NCBI RefSeq assembly: GCF_963506605.1
Contig: NC_083278.1
Span: 72,850,001 to 72,914,000 of the forward strand
Length of the DNA: 64,000 nt
From: Zootoca vivipara
Lineage: Eukaryota
Reading direction: 5' to 3'
Shown here: one piece after another, positions 15,013-26,300 of the stretch
Numbering within the stretch: the stretch's first letter is position 1
How the letters are laid out: every line of letters starts with the position of its first letter
The notes under the pieces: model-generated
The model's database searches: none
The model's input: the letters and a program-made list of their open reading frames with translations, nothing else
Told to the model about the DNA's origin: nothing
Made by a program: the position numbers and the translations under genes

Positions 15013-17606
15013 TTATACCCCACCCATCTGACTGGGTTTCCACAGCCACTCTAGGCGGCTATAGATTCATCTTCTACCAGCATGTCCGTGTACTGTTTCA
15101 GCATAAAAAACAAACTGGGGGGAGGGGGGGTAATGCAAGGCTTGTGCAGTTAGATTTCTCTCTCCAAGAGTAGTTCCCCCAGTGCACTGCTGGAGCCAAA
15201 AAATCTAAACAATTCTGTGGCCCCTGAGAAACCCTCCCAAATATTATATGCTACTGGGCTTCCAGCTGGTATAACAATGTGTTCATATTCTGTAGTACAG
15301 GCAACCCCCAATTAGCACAGAGTTTGGCATTCCAAGTCATCATGTGCAATAGCGGAGTGCGCATAAGTCTGCTACACCCCACTCCATCCTCTCTTCTTGC
15401 CACTTCCGGGTCACTGTGATGCATTTTTGCACAGTTGTTTGTGCTCAAAAAAGTTGTTTTTACAACCTAGTTTGAATAGGGATTGTGTGTGAGAGAGTGT
15501 GAGAGAGAGTGCAGTGCCTGCAGTCAAGACTTTACCATTTTTAACAGATTTATCATCTTTTGCCTTTCTAATTTTTAAATGATATGGCATTATAAAATAA
15601 CTAACAATAGTATTATAAATTTAAACCATGAACTCTGAAGCTAAAAAAATAACAGCCACAGTAACTATAGAAGACAGCTTCTCTCAATGTTCAGCGATAT
15701 GTAGTTTTTTCACCAGTTGTACAGTATCTGCTGTTTGGAAAAATCACTGAAAGTAAAGGGATATTTTATTTCACCCTAACTGCTGCAAAGCTTTGATTAG
15801 CTGGTGCTTTCACTACCTACAAATCTTATTCTGAAAAGATGAAACTGCAGAAACATTAAGTAAATAACATTTTTCAGCCATAGTATTTCCAGCCTGAATC
15901 TACAGGCAAAGATACAGGACTCAAACCTATTGCCATTTTGAATGTAATTTAATGCCTATTCATCCAGCTGCTAATCTAATCCAGAAGCAGAATATTAGTT
16001 CTTACTGCTTTTTGTACACAGCTCTCAGTGAATACCAGCTGCAGCTTTTGTGGATGGAGTAAGAAGGCTGCAGCAATTGGAGATGTCTCTTAGAAAAGTT
16101 TTAAAAACATTTTAAGAGCAACAGCGCTGGTGGTAAAACTACTATAACCACTGATTTTAGGTCTTCTGCAGTTGTTTACGGGGTTGGGGACCCCATTAAT
16201 ACCTAAAGGGAGGTTTCAGATCCTAGACTGCTTGTATAAAAAGCAGGACTGCAAGCCTTCCATTGTCCATTAAAATATTAATTGGGTCTTAACTGGTCCT
16301 GCTCCTTCTTTTCTGCAGACTGGGAACAGTGTAGAGCAGTGCCAGCAAATATGTCACTTTTAGTTAGTTTTGTTATAAAAGCAGCTACTAAGATGGTAGT
16401 GGGTTGTGGCAGAGTTGGCAGGGACCAGCAGACAATGGTTCACAGAGTGACACCAGTCATCCACCAATTTTAGTGGCACTGATTTGCATTGCTGTTAATT
16501 TTAACTGGTATCTTTTGCTGTCTATACCATCTTGCAATAAGTTTGCCCTTCATTACTTGCAATAGAATATTTACCGTCTTGGGTAAATAGGTAGTCCTAA
16601 ACATCTAAATATTGCAATTCTAATCTGTTTCCTATTTTAAAGTTTGTTGCTGCCCTTAAAGCTGGTGGAGCCTTGGGGGTCCCTGAAATTTCCCCTCTGT
16701 TGACTTGTATGTTCTTATTGCTACTCTCGAGTGTATATCTCAAATGTTCACTGATATGTCCTCTGAACAGATGAACAAACTTGACTTCTTTATTCTTCCT
16801 TGCAGGGTGAAGATGATGATAACAATGTGGGAACAGAAATGAAGATACTAAGAGGGCACTGCGGACCAGTGTATAGCACAAGGTTTCTGTCGGACAGTTC
16901 AGGACTGCTGTCATGTTCCGAAGACACATCCATCCGATACTGGGACCTTGGATGTTTCACAAACACTGTGTTGTACCAAGGGCATGCCTACCCTGTGTGG
17001 GATCTGGACATTAGTCCTTGTAGCTTGTACTTTGCCAGCGGCTCCCATGACCGCACAGGAAGACTCTGGTCATTTGATCGGACGTACCCACTGAGGATAT
17101 ATGCAGGCCATTTGGCAGACGTGGACTGCATTAAGTTTCACCCCAATTCTAACTACTTGGCAACAGGATCCACAGATAAAACTGTGCGTCTCTGGAGCAC
17201 ACAGCAAGGAAACACAGTGCGCCTGTTTACAGGTCACCGGGGCCCTGTGTTGTCGCTTGCGTTTTCTCCAAATGGTAAGTACTTGGCTTCAGCAGGGGAA
17301 GACCAGCGGTTAAAGCTGTGGGACCTGGCATCTGGCACGCTTTACAAAGAATTAAGAGGGCACACGGATAATATCACCAGCCTTACTTTCAGTCCAGACA
17401 GTAGCTTGATTGCTTCTGCATCAATGGACAATTCTGTTCGGGTTTGGGATATTCGAAACACTTACTGCAATGCTCCCGTCGATGGTTCTTCCAGTGAACT
17501 GGTTGGTGTATATACTGGACAGATAAATAATGTACTGAGTGTACAGTTCATGGCCTGTAACCTCCTTTTAGTGACTGGAATTGCACAAGAAAATCAGGAA
17601 CATTAA
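9219..17606 (+). CDS. TAF5L: TAF5-like RNA polymerase II PCAF-associated factor 65 kDa subunit (SAGA core, WD40), complete, 590 aa. Exons 9219-9360, 12067-12171, 12926-13650, 16806-17606
   Basis: [33 protein letters not shown]...[34 protein letters not shown]|[23 protein letters not shown]...WD40 repeats...[13 protein letters not shown]. The exon sum is 1773 nt, all GT/AG and phase-compatible. Confidence 0.98.
9793..10451 (-). mobile_element. 5'-truncated Penelope-like retroelement with GIY-YIG endonuclease fragment and inverted pLTR
   Basis: Minus ORF 10054-10362 [32 protein letters not shown]...HFNLPGHS...[22 protein letters not shown] is a Penelope GIY-YIG endonuclease. Inverted terminal segment 10360-10451. 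TSD TTTAAC(G/A)GACAA 9781-9792 / 10452-10463. Confidence 0.92.
9845..9882 (-). ncRNA. Minimal type I hammerhead ribozyme in Penelope pLTR
   Basis: RNA GUAU-CUGAAGA-A-GUGUG(CAUG)CACAC-GAAA-GC-UC^AUAC: complete catalytic core, 4-bp stem I, 5-bp stem II, palindromic AGCU in place of stem III. Confidence 0.85.
10541..10676. mobile_element. hAT-type MITE (136 bp)
   Basis: TIRs CAGGCATCCCCAAACT / AGTTTGGGGATGCCTG, perfect 8-bp TSD ATTTAGAC. Same family at 58728-58863 and 42678-42773. Confidence 0.9.
11310..11519. mobile_element. Tc1/mariner (Tigger-like) MITE
   Basis: TA|CAGTGGTACCTCGACTTACGAA ... TTCGTAAGTCGGGGTACCACTG|TA. Confidence 0.9.
14125..14396. mobile_element. hAT-type non-autonomous DNA transposon
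   Basis: TIRs CAGGGGTGTCCAA / TTGGACATCCCTG, 8-bp TSD CTG(T/C)AAGT. Confidence 0.8.
14956..15060 (-). repeat. (AAT)n microsatellite adjoining an L2-type LINE 3' end
   Basis: About 17 AAT units at 14956-15008, then TATACCCCACCCATCTGACTGGGTTTCCACAGCCACTCTAGGCGGCT. The same 3' end occurs at ~34635-34725. Confidence 0.75.
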
Positions 17607-18780
17607 CCTTTTTTTAAAGAAAAAAAGAAAAAAAATGGGTGTGTTGTTGAAATCCAGAGTCTGTTATAAACTAAGATTATATATAATTGACTGTGAAAAA
17701 AATGTTTTCTTTCCCATTGGTGGACATGTCCAGAATGATGGAAATACTGTACTTGAAGATGTATTGTATTGTTGCAAAAAACAAAACAAAAAAGATAGGA
17801 AAGGGAGAACAACAGGAGAACTTCACTGCAAGGGCAGGAAGCTATTTGGGGGGTGGGGGGTGGGAACCAACTACACATAATATTTTTCTGAAGGGATAGC
17901 CAAAACTCAGTCCAAGCAACTCAGATCATTGACTTGAATGTGTTGCAATTAATGGGCATATCCTGCTTAACTGTTACCGGGAGTTTATATGTCTGTCTTT
18001 TAGCTGTTCAGCTCCACCTACATACTTCCCCACCGAAGTTTCTGTGGCACAAGAATCTTTGCCATCGTCTTGGAAAGAAAAATGTATTTTGTTATAGGGA
18101 TGCTCCCAAATATAAGTAACATTAAAATAATGTTTAAAATAACATTGAGGCAGGTTTCCAGCTTGCTAATATAAAAGGCATAGTATTTTTATTTTTATCG
18201 TTGAATTATAAAAACGTGATTTGAATGTGACAGTGGCTGCAAAAAAGATGCAATTTGGATTTGGTATCTTCCATTAGATATAATGTTTTTAGCTCTTTCT
18301 TGATCAGAAATTTGTGGGTTTCCCCCCCAAATCTGGTTGCACTGGTGATGCAGAATACTAGATGGCTGGGGTGATAACTACTAGCTTGCCTTCCAAAAAG
18401 AACTAGCAAAATATGGCTGACTTTATAGTAGCATGTTTGGACTCCTAATAGAAAGGGACACATTTCACTTCACCAAAAATACTTTCTGCAGATAAATATG
18501 GGCAAAGGTGTGCAGACGATGTGAAAAAAAAGTAGTATTACTAAATTATTAATTTTGAGAAGATGCAGCTTTGCCAACTTCCAATGTTTTCCACTGATTA
18601 ATGAACTATTAAGTTGTTTCATGAAGTTTTCATACAAGTGTGTGCGCATGCAAAACCTGGGGTTGGAGAAAGCAAACTCTTAAATTTTGTCATTCTAAGA
18701 AGACTGAATATTTCTGCTTTCCGGAAAGAGATTTTGTATTTTTGTTTTTTTCTATTAAAGCATTTAGTTTAAAGAGGTTT
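17607..18780 (+). other. TAF5L: TAF5L 3' UTR with candidate polyA signals (ATTAAA 18121-18126 and 18754-18759)
   Basis: AU-rich, repeat-free sequence after the stop. ATTAAA at 18754 is preceded by a U-rich tract and followed by GU-rich sequence. Confidence 0.5.
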
Positions 18781-19697
18781 AGTATCTCTGTGTGGAACTG
18801 AATGGGCTTTAGACTTCCATAAACAGATAAAAAGTTTTTACCTTGTGGGTTGCACCTGTCTGCTGCATGAGCCAGGCAGGTGAGCTCTTCTGCAAGCGCA
18901 TGATACTGATGTTCTCAGTCCCCTGGGTTTTTACAGAAGCGGTGTCTGTCTACAGGCTCAAGCATAATTTAAATAGCAAACATTTCAGACCCATTTCTTA
19001 GAATGTTAAAGCCAAGTTCTCAGTGGACACCAAAAAAATAGTTACTGGAGTTAAAATTTCAGCCCAGAGTGTTTCTGTTCCAAATCAAATTTTGATCAAA
19101 TGGTCTACATTTATTGTATTTTCTTATATAAACATTTATGTACCACCTTTCTAGTTCCTATGCCCTACTCAGGGCAGTTTAGAAGAATTTAAAATTGCAG
19201 TGCCATAGGAAAAAATACTTTCTGTTAAAATGCGGGGGAGAACCAGAAGCGGAAACCTGATAAAACACAACCTTTTAACTTGGTGGCGTGCAAACACACA
19301 GCCCTAATCCAAGCTGTGGCCCCTCTATTTCCAGGCACACTCACCCCAGTTGGTTAGGGGAGCAGCCTTCCTTTTCGTGTCACATGGAATGGGCAGGTTT
19401 AGACCTCCCTGCCCAGAGTGCCATAGTAGGGATAAAAATTGCTCAGGTCTCAACCATAGCAGATCACCCAGCTCTTAACAGTAAGGTTGGTTAGCAGTAT
19501 GTTGGTGTTTGCTTTCCTGTTTGGCACTGAGAAACAAGCTGGTTCAAATCTTGCAAGCCACTACTAACGTTTTAAAAATAATTTCCTTGGTTGCTGGCTT
19601 TTAGAAAAGAAACAACAATATGGACTGTGTCACTTTATTCACTATTCTAATAGAAGGGATCATGCAAAAGTTACTGTCAGCAGAAAGGGGAGGGAGG

Positions 19698-20147
19698 CAT
19701 GGGCGTACCCAGCGAGGGGCAGGGGGCAGCTGCCCCCGAAGCAAAAAAAAAAAATTAGCGTATTTTATGGACCATAACCCACACTTTTTCCCTCCGAAAA
19801 CTGAAAGGGAAAAGTCGCTGCGGGTTATGGAAATTGGGCTGTTTTCGCCCTCTCCGCGGCTGCAGCCAGCGACAGGAACGTGGGAGTGGGGAGGAGCAGC
19901 CTGAGCTGGGGGGGGCGCGGGGCGGACGGGAGCTCCATCCTTCCTTCCCCCCTCTTTCTTTCTTCCTTTCTCTCTCTCTCTTCCTCCCTCCCTTCTCTCT
20001 CTCTCTCTCACCCCTTCCTTCCTTCTCGCTTTCTCTCACCCACCCACCCACCCCTTCCTTCCTTCCTTCTCTCTCTTCCCTCCTTCCTTCCCTCTCTCTT
20101 CTCCTCTCTTGCCCCCCCCCCCAGTTTTGATCCTGGGTACGCCCCTG
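19698..20147. mobile_element. hAT-type MITE with internal polypyrimidine tract
   Basis: TIRs CATGGGCGTACCCAG / CTGGGTACGCCCCTG, perfect 8-bp TSD GAGGGAGG (19690-19697, 20148-20155), CT-rich low complexity ~19935-20122. Confidence 0.85.
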
Positions 20148-20269
20148 GAGGGAGGCCATCTTCAGCACTGCCCTCCCTCAGATCCCTACGACCCCCTGTA
20201 AATCTGCTCTGGAAAGTTAAGACGACCATTTGTGACATTTCCAAATTATGTTAAAATATCAGTAACATA

Positions 20270-20613
20270 CAAATCTTTATTACGGTCATAGACCAGCATA
20301 AAAAGGTGGGATACAGTCATTTAAAATCTAAAAAGCTTTTTGGAAAGCTAAAAGGTATTAAAACAGAAGGTAAATATAAAAACCTATAAGAATTTAAGAG
20401 AATCTAAAAGAGGGGATAGGAGCATTGGGTGGGTGTGGAGGAGCATAAAAGGTTGATATATAAAAGACGATCAATCTACAGAGCACTCTGATATGTTCAT
20501 TAAATCCAAAACATCTTGAGGGTCGAGGTTGCCTATGCCTGCTCTACCGTTTCTATTTGTCCCGAATCACAGGGGCATCGTCTCTCCGGGTAGTCTATCT
20601 TCTTGTATCAACG
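20270..20613 (-). mobile_element. Non-LTR retrotransposon 3' end (RTE-X-like), degenerate
   Basis: Minus strand encodes YKKIDYPERRCPCDSGQIETVE (C-terminal zinc-knuckle start). The 3' end reads CTGGTCTATGACCGTAATAAA. Family assignment is from recall. Confidence 0.55.
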
Positions 20614-20626
20614 TAATGATAAAGTA

Positions 20627-20766
20627 CTGTATTTTTCCATGTATCCCCCCCCCCAAATTTTTTAAGTTTGCAATTGGGGGTCGTCTTATACATGGAATGT
20701 TTAAAATATTTATTTCTTAATTTTGGGCTCAAAAAATAGGGGTCGTCTTGTACACGGAAAAACACT
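20627..20766. mobile_element. Tc1/mariner-type MITE (CCGTATTTTTCC TIR family), degenerate
   Basis: TA|CTGTATTTTTCCATGTA ... TACACGGAAAAACAC, with internal repeated GGGGTCGTCTTRTACAYGGA. Confidence 0.6.
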
Positions 20767-22570
20767 ATCCCCCCCCCAACCTCTCTCTCACACACAAATA
20801 TATGTTCATCACATTCAATATATACCTTTTGGGAGTATTGAGCTTCATGTTCTGCTTCTTGGAGAAAACATTCTCAAACTATTTAGGGCCTAATTTGACC
20901 CCGTTGCAGCTGGGTTGCTAATGCTGTGGGGTTTTTAAAGGCACATAAAATGGATGCCATTGTCTTGGATGTCACATTGCTTGTACTGTGCCAAACTCTA
21001 AAACTGTACTATTACGGAACTCCTGTGTGATGGTGTCATTAAATGCATAAATAATCTCTGCCAGGGTCTGTCCCACCAGACTACTCTTCAGCTGCAATTA
21101 AAAAAATGTTTTTGGCTAGAAGCCACAAATAGTAGGAATGGCTGTCAGCTTACTCACCAACTAATAGCCCTCCAGGTACAGAAACTCCTCAGTAGTTGAG
21201 GTTGAACATATTTATACTGATAAGAAATGTTTAAGCCAAGTCTCTACTACGCCAATTATGATTTCCCATCATGCTGATCGCCTGTTTTGCATAGAGTTCT
21301 ACGTTCATATTCCTTGGTTGTATGCGACGATTTGTGGAGCAAGGTAAGCATTTTTCAATAGGCTTTGTAGGTGGGAAATTTATTTCCTTTCCCTTTTAGT
21401 TATCACATGTAAAAAAATTATGTATTGGTTGATCCATTAGGGAAAAACCTGGCATTTTCAGGTACTGAGCAGTGTGTGGTCTACCTAAGACTTTCAAGCA
21501 AAAGAAGAAAGCAATTCTAAGCTAAGGGGCTTTATAAATGTTCTTAAATCTGTATAACTTATTTGTTTTACACATACTGTACATAAGTTAACGCCTTGCA
21601 AAATCTGTTGTAGCTTGCATAGGTTGACTGTTGTACAATTTTATTACCTTCGTACCAATTTACAACCACCAAGCCTTGGGACCAAACTCCATTCAATACT
21701 ATGTAAGTCATGCATCTTTGCATAATTTGTTTTAGATTATTGTAGCGTTTGTATTTTTAAAAAACACTAGAACTTTTAATTGCAATATTGGGGGGGGTGT
21801 TTGGTGTCCTTACAGTAGATTGAAAGTAGGTTTATTAACCAACCATAATTTTACAGCCACTGCCAAGACTTTGCCATCTAGTTTTCCTAATTAGAAGGTC
21901 ACACACACACACACCAAGACAGAAAGTCAAGCTGTTAATTTCAAATGTGCTTTTATAGGGCTTGATTTATTAGGCATGTCGCATACTGAGTTATGCAACT
22001 GTGCTTTCAGAATGACAGGTATGTGCTGTTAGCACTAATAATACAAAAGTCAAGCCAGACCATAACAGCAATCTTCCTGGTTTCCCAAAGCGTACATTCA
22101 CCTTCGGGAGAATGTCCTTTATGACACTGGTCTTCAACTGGTGGGTCAGAACTCAGTGGGTTGCGGCTTGACCTAAGGTGGGTCGCAACTGGAGCCCTAT
22201 CACTGTACAAATATATGGGTTAAAAGTGGGTCATGGATCTGCAAAGGTTGAAGATACCTGCTCTGTTTGCTTTGGATGCAAGACTCTGTCAAGCATTTAG
22301 GGTGACCCCAAGCATATTATGGCATGCACACCTCTAGTTCCTTCATTTCTACCCACATTGGCTATTATTGGCATGGGCGCCTCATGCTTGAACATGTCTT
22401 ATGTCCAAACATAATTTTGGCACTATTAAGATGGAAGATTATGACCGTGATTTGTTGGCACATATAAATGCTGATGCAGCAAAGCAAATTATCAGGATAA
22501 CGTGGTTTTTTAAAAATATGATGGACACAACTGAGTAGCCCCCCGATGGGCTTCATAAATGGGTTGTTGC

Positions 22571-22742
22571 CAGTGCTTTTTTTCTGGGGGAATGCAGGGG
22601 TACGCATACCCCTAAACATTTTGTGAATCTTTGTACTTTTGTCCATTTACTGTATTTATGTTTCCTTAACTGAACTATTAATGGTGATTTTCTTGAGTCA
22701 AAATGAGAGTACCCCTAAACATTTTTTTAGAAAAAAGCACTT
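22571..22742. mobile_element. hAT-type MITE
   Basis: TIRs CAGTGCTTTTTTTCT / AGAAAAAAGCACTT, 8-bp TSD GTTGTTGC. Confidence 0.85.
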
Positions 22743-24149
22743 GTTGTTGCTACATGATTCTCTTCACAAAGGAGCATGTAAGTAGGACCTCTGTTTTGAA
22801 AGACCTGTTCTCCTTGGAGTGAAACTCTATATATGCTCAGAAGACAAACAGCACATTGAAATAATTTATGGAGTCCAGAAAATATCATCCATAACACCAT
22901 CGAAGGGGGAAGCTGCTAGAATTGTATTCAAAGTTATACAGTATCTCAATTATAATACTGTAGACTAGCGGGGGATTTTTAATCAGTGGAGCCTAATCTA
23001 GTGCTTTCTTCCATAGGCCTTACCCTTTATTACCATGATATTGGCAATATTTCAGAAAGAAAAGGGAGATGTGCCAGATTTTTGGTTTGTCCCTTCCTGT
23101 CCAGATGCTTTGAATTAAGACCTCCCTTTTCCAGCTTCAACAGGGTTGTGATTTCTTTATTTGAATTATCAGTTGGCTGCATCTTACTATTCCAAAGGGG
23201 GAAGCACACACAAGAACGCACTAACAAGGAGTAAAGGCTCTAAGAGCATTTCTGATTCCTGATTCTAGTTGAATGAATTTTCCATGCATAGAATGAGAGG
23301 GGTGCAGGCATACAGAGGAACATATATAAAATTCAAAGAAAACAGGCAGAATTAGAAGTACACCTTTGCTGCAGTGTTTTGAAATAATCATGCCATCTGC
23401 CTCCCCCCACAAAAAAAATGGACAATGCTGCTTAACACTAGAATTTATCAGAAATAAGTAACGGTGCATGCAAAGAATGCAATCATTTTTTTATTTTTAT
23501 ATAAAGTTAGGCTCTGTGGTTCTCTATTTGTCTTTGAAATTTAATGATTGTCTTCTCTACAATGAACCCAGTTTATACACTGGAAATCCTTTCTTCTCCT
23601 AATAGCACCAAGAAATAGCCTTAGAAATGTTCGTTCTGGGAACTTGCTAGTAGAGATCAGAGAAGACTGGGAGTTTTAGAAAGGAAGGGCTAGCCTAAAA
23701 CAGAGGCTGTATAAAATCTTCAAAATATGACAGCCCAGCTGTCTCAAACAGAGCGGCCATTTAGTTAGCATCCTGTTTCTAACAGTAACTAGACAGATGT
23801 TTCTGAAAAGTTCACAAAAGCAGGGGATGAAGGTTAACTTGAGCCTACTGTATGCTTCTCTTTAATTGATTTCCACTCTTTTTTTAGATTGCCTAGGGGC
23901 TGGCTGGAACTGAGGAGTTGTAGTCCAAAACATCTGGAGGGGACCAGGTTGGTGAAGCCTGCCCAAGGCTTTAGGTTCAGAAGTGGGCCCAGATACCCGT
24001 TTCATACTTTGACAGGAGGCTCCTGTACTCTGAGGGCTGCAATCCTCTGCATACCTCGCTTCCCAATAAACATGGATAAAAATGGACTGTCAAAATGGCA
24101 ATTCCTGTAACTCACCAGCCTTAAGTACTGAACTGAGGAATAACTGAAT

Positions 24150-24512
24150 AAGAGCCTGGATAAGAAGAGACTGAGAGAAGATACGATAGCCATCTTCAAA
24201 TATTGAAAGGGCTGTCTCATGGAAGATGGAGCAAGCTTTTCTCCTGCTCTAGAGTTTAGGACCCGAACCAACGGATTCAGGTTACAAGAAAGGAGATTCT
24301 GACTAAACACCAGGGAGAACTTTCTTACTGTAAGAGCTGTTTGACAGTGGAACCGACTCCCCCAGAAGGTGATAGACTCTCCTCCTTTGAAGGTGTTTAA
24401 ATAGGGGTTGGATGGGCATCTGTCATAGATGCTTTAGTTGAGATTCCTGCATTGCAGGGGGTTGGACTACATGGCCCTCAGGGGCCCTTTCAACTTTACA
24501 ATTCTATGAATC
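24150..24512 (+). mobile_element. CR1 LINE 3' end
   Basis: Degenerate ORF2 tail (SLDKKRLREDTIAIFKY*KGC), 3' UTR TTCCTGCATTGCAGGGGGTTGGACTA and terminal ATTCTATGA motif. Confidence 0.85.
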
Positions 24513-24582
24513 TTCTGTATTGATCTGAATTAATCAGCCAGTTCTTAGGTTGCAGGCTTCAGAACACTGAACAAGTTATATA

Positions 24583-24823
24583 CAGTGGTACCTCAGTTAC
24601 TGAACGTCTCTGTTGACAAATGTTTCATAACCCGAACCCTGAAAACCCGTAAGTAAATGCTTCTGTTTTTGAACGTGCCTTGGAAGTCGAACAGCTTCCA
24701 CTGCGTGTTTTTCCATTTTCTCAATTGAATTGAGGCTTCCGCATTGAGTTTTCGGTTCTTGAACATTTCGGAACTAGAACGGTCTTCCAGAACGGATTAC
24801 ATTCGAGAACTGAGGTATCACTG
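24583..24823. mobile_element. Tigger-like MITE
   Basis: TA|CAGTGGTACCTCAGTT ... AACTGAGGTATCACTG|TA. Confidence 0.85.
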
Positions 24824-25399
24824 TACCAAACAGATAAATTTATTTACCACATTTATATATCACTTTTTCTGCAAGGAATTCAATGCAGCATACATGGACC
24901 CATCATCCACTTATGCTACTACTGGTGTTTTCACAACAAACCCACCAAATAGGGTAGGCTTAGTAGTAGTGGTTGGCCCAAGATCATCGCCCAGAGTGAG
25001 CCATATGGCTGAGTTGAGGATTTGAGCCAAAATGACAGGACATTCCTAAAAAAGAACCTCACCTTAGACACAGACTTACCTGGACGTTGTACACAGTGAC
25101 TGGAAACCCCTTGGCTTTAACAACCCATGTATGCTTACCACGTTCACTGAAAAGTAAAATACTTAATAAAAACAAGAAAAAAATCACAAACCAATAAACC
25201 CTCCTCAAATTAGGTGTGTGTGTAAATAGCAACAACCGTGCAGATCAGTTTTATTCCCTGGAGACTTTCACTCCCAGTGTACGCCTAGGCTTGTAGCCCC
25301 AAGTCCAAAACATGGTTTAGTGTGTAGTTCCGGGGAGAGCAACACCCTGCCTATGTTCCAATAAGCTTTTTTTTTTAGTTTCAGGAACCTTAACTGAAA

Positions 25400-26300
25400 A
25401 CTTGGCCGAGTGATCGGGTGGTGGTGTTTTTCCGTTTTCGTTATCAGCGAGGCGATCATGGGGCGGGCTTCTCGGGGAGGCTCCCTGTCCTCCCGGCACA
25501 GGCTGGACGGGCGGCGGTGGAGGCGGCGGCCTCTACGCCCTGGTCCGGGCCGCGAGCGGTAGAGGGCGCCTCCGGACGCCGCGATTGCTCGGGCGGGTCG
25601 CTTCTGCCGGCTGGGGATGGTCGGAGGCCGCCTCAGCTGAGAGCCTTATCAGCGCTTCGCAGAAGCAGGAGGGGCCGGGCTGGGCCCCGTTTAGGCGGGC
25701 CGCGCTCTATGGGGCAGCGCCGGCGGCGCAGCCTGTGAGGCGCTGCTTTGCTCTCTCCCGCCGGGGGCCGCAGCAAGGAAGAAGCAGCAGCAAGCAACCG
25801 CCACCTCCGCGCGGCCACCGGCCATTTGCTCCATGGCAGGCTTGGTTCCCCGCCTCCCCCTGCTGCTGCTGTGGCGCCAACAGCGGCGTCGGCGCCTGCA
25901 CTGCTGGCCCTGGGCTCCGGCTTCTTTCGGAGGTGCAGAGGCGGCTGCCGGCGGCGGATGGGCCGCGTCACCCTCGGCGGGCAGGTGGCGGGACGCTGCC
26001 GCTCCTTCGCTCGGCTCTCTGCGCTCGCGGCCAGCCGCTTCCCGCTCCGCCGCGTCCTCGTGGGCGGCCTCGGCGGGGACCTCGCGGAAGAAGGCGGGCG
26101 ACCCCCCGGGAGCCGCGCTGCCCCCGGCTGCCGAGCCCGCCGCCGCCGAGGTCTCGGACGCCAAGAGGCTCCTGGCCTTGGCATATCCCGAGCGCTGGAG
26201 ACTGACAGGTACCTCCTCCTCCTTTGCTGCCCCGAGACCGTCTCCCTGCTTGCCTCCCGGAGGGCTCTGGGGAGCCAAGGGCGCACCGTGGTACTACTAC
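25400..26300. promoter_or_regulatory. CpG island promoter of ABCB10
   Basis: GC/CpG-rich island spanning exon 1, with GC boxes and two reverse GATA sites (TTATCA 25441-25446, CTTATCA 25645-25651). Confidence 0.8.

Noticed and set aside
14822-15049. Poly-Tyr ORF
   Set aside because: Translation of the (AAT)n microsatellite.
19601-20254. Arg/Glu/Gly- and Ser/Leu/Pro-rich ORFs
   Set aside because: Translations of the low-complexity CT tract within a MITE.
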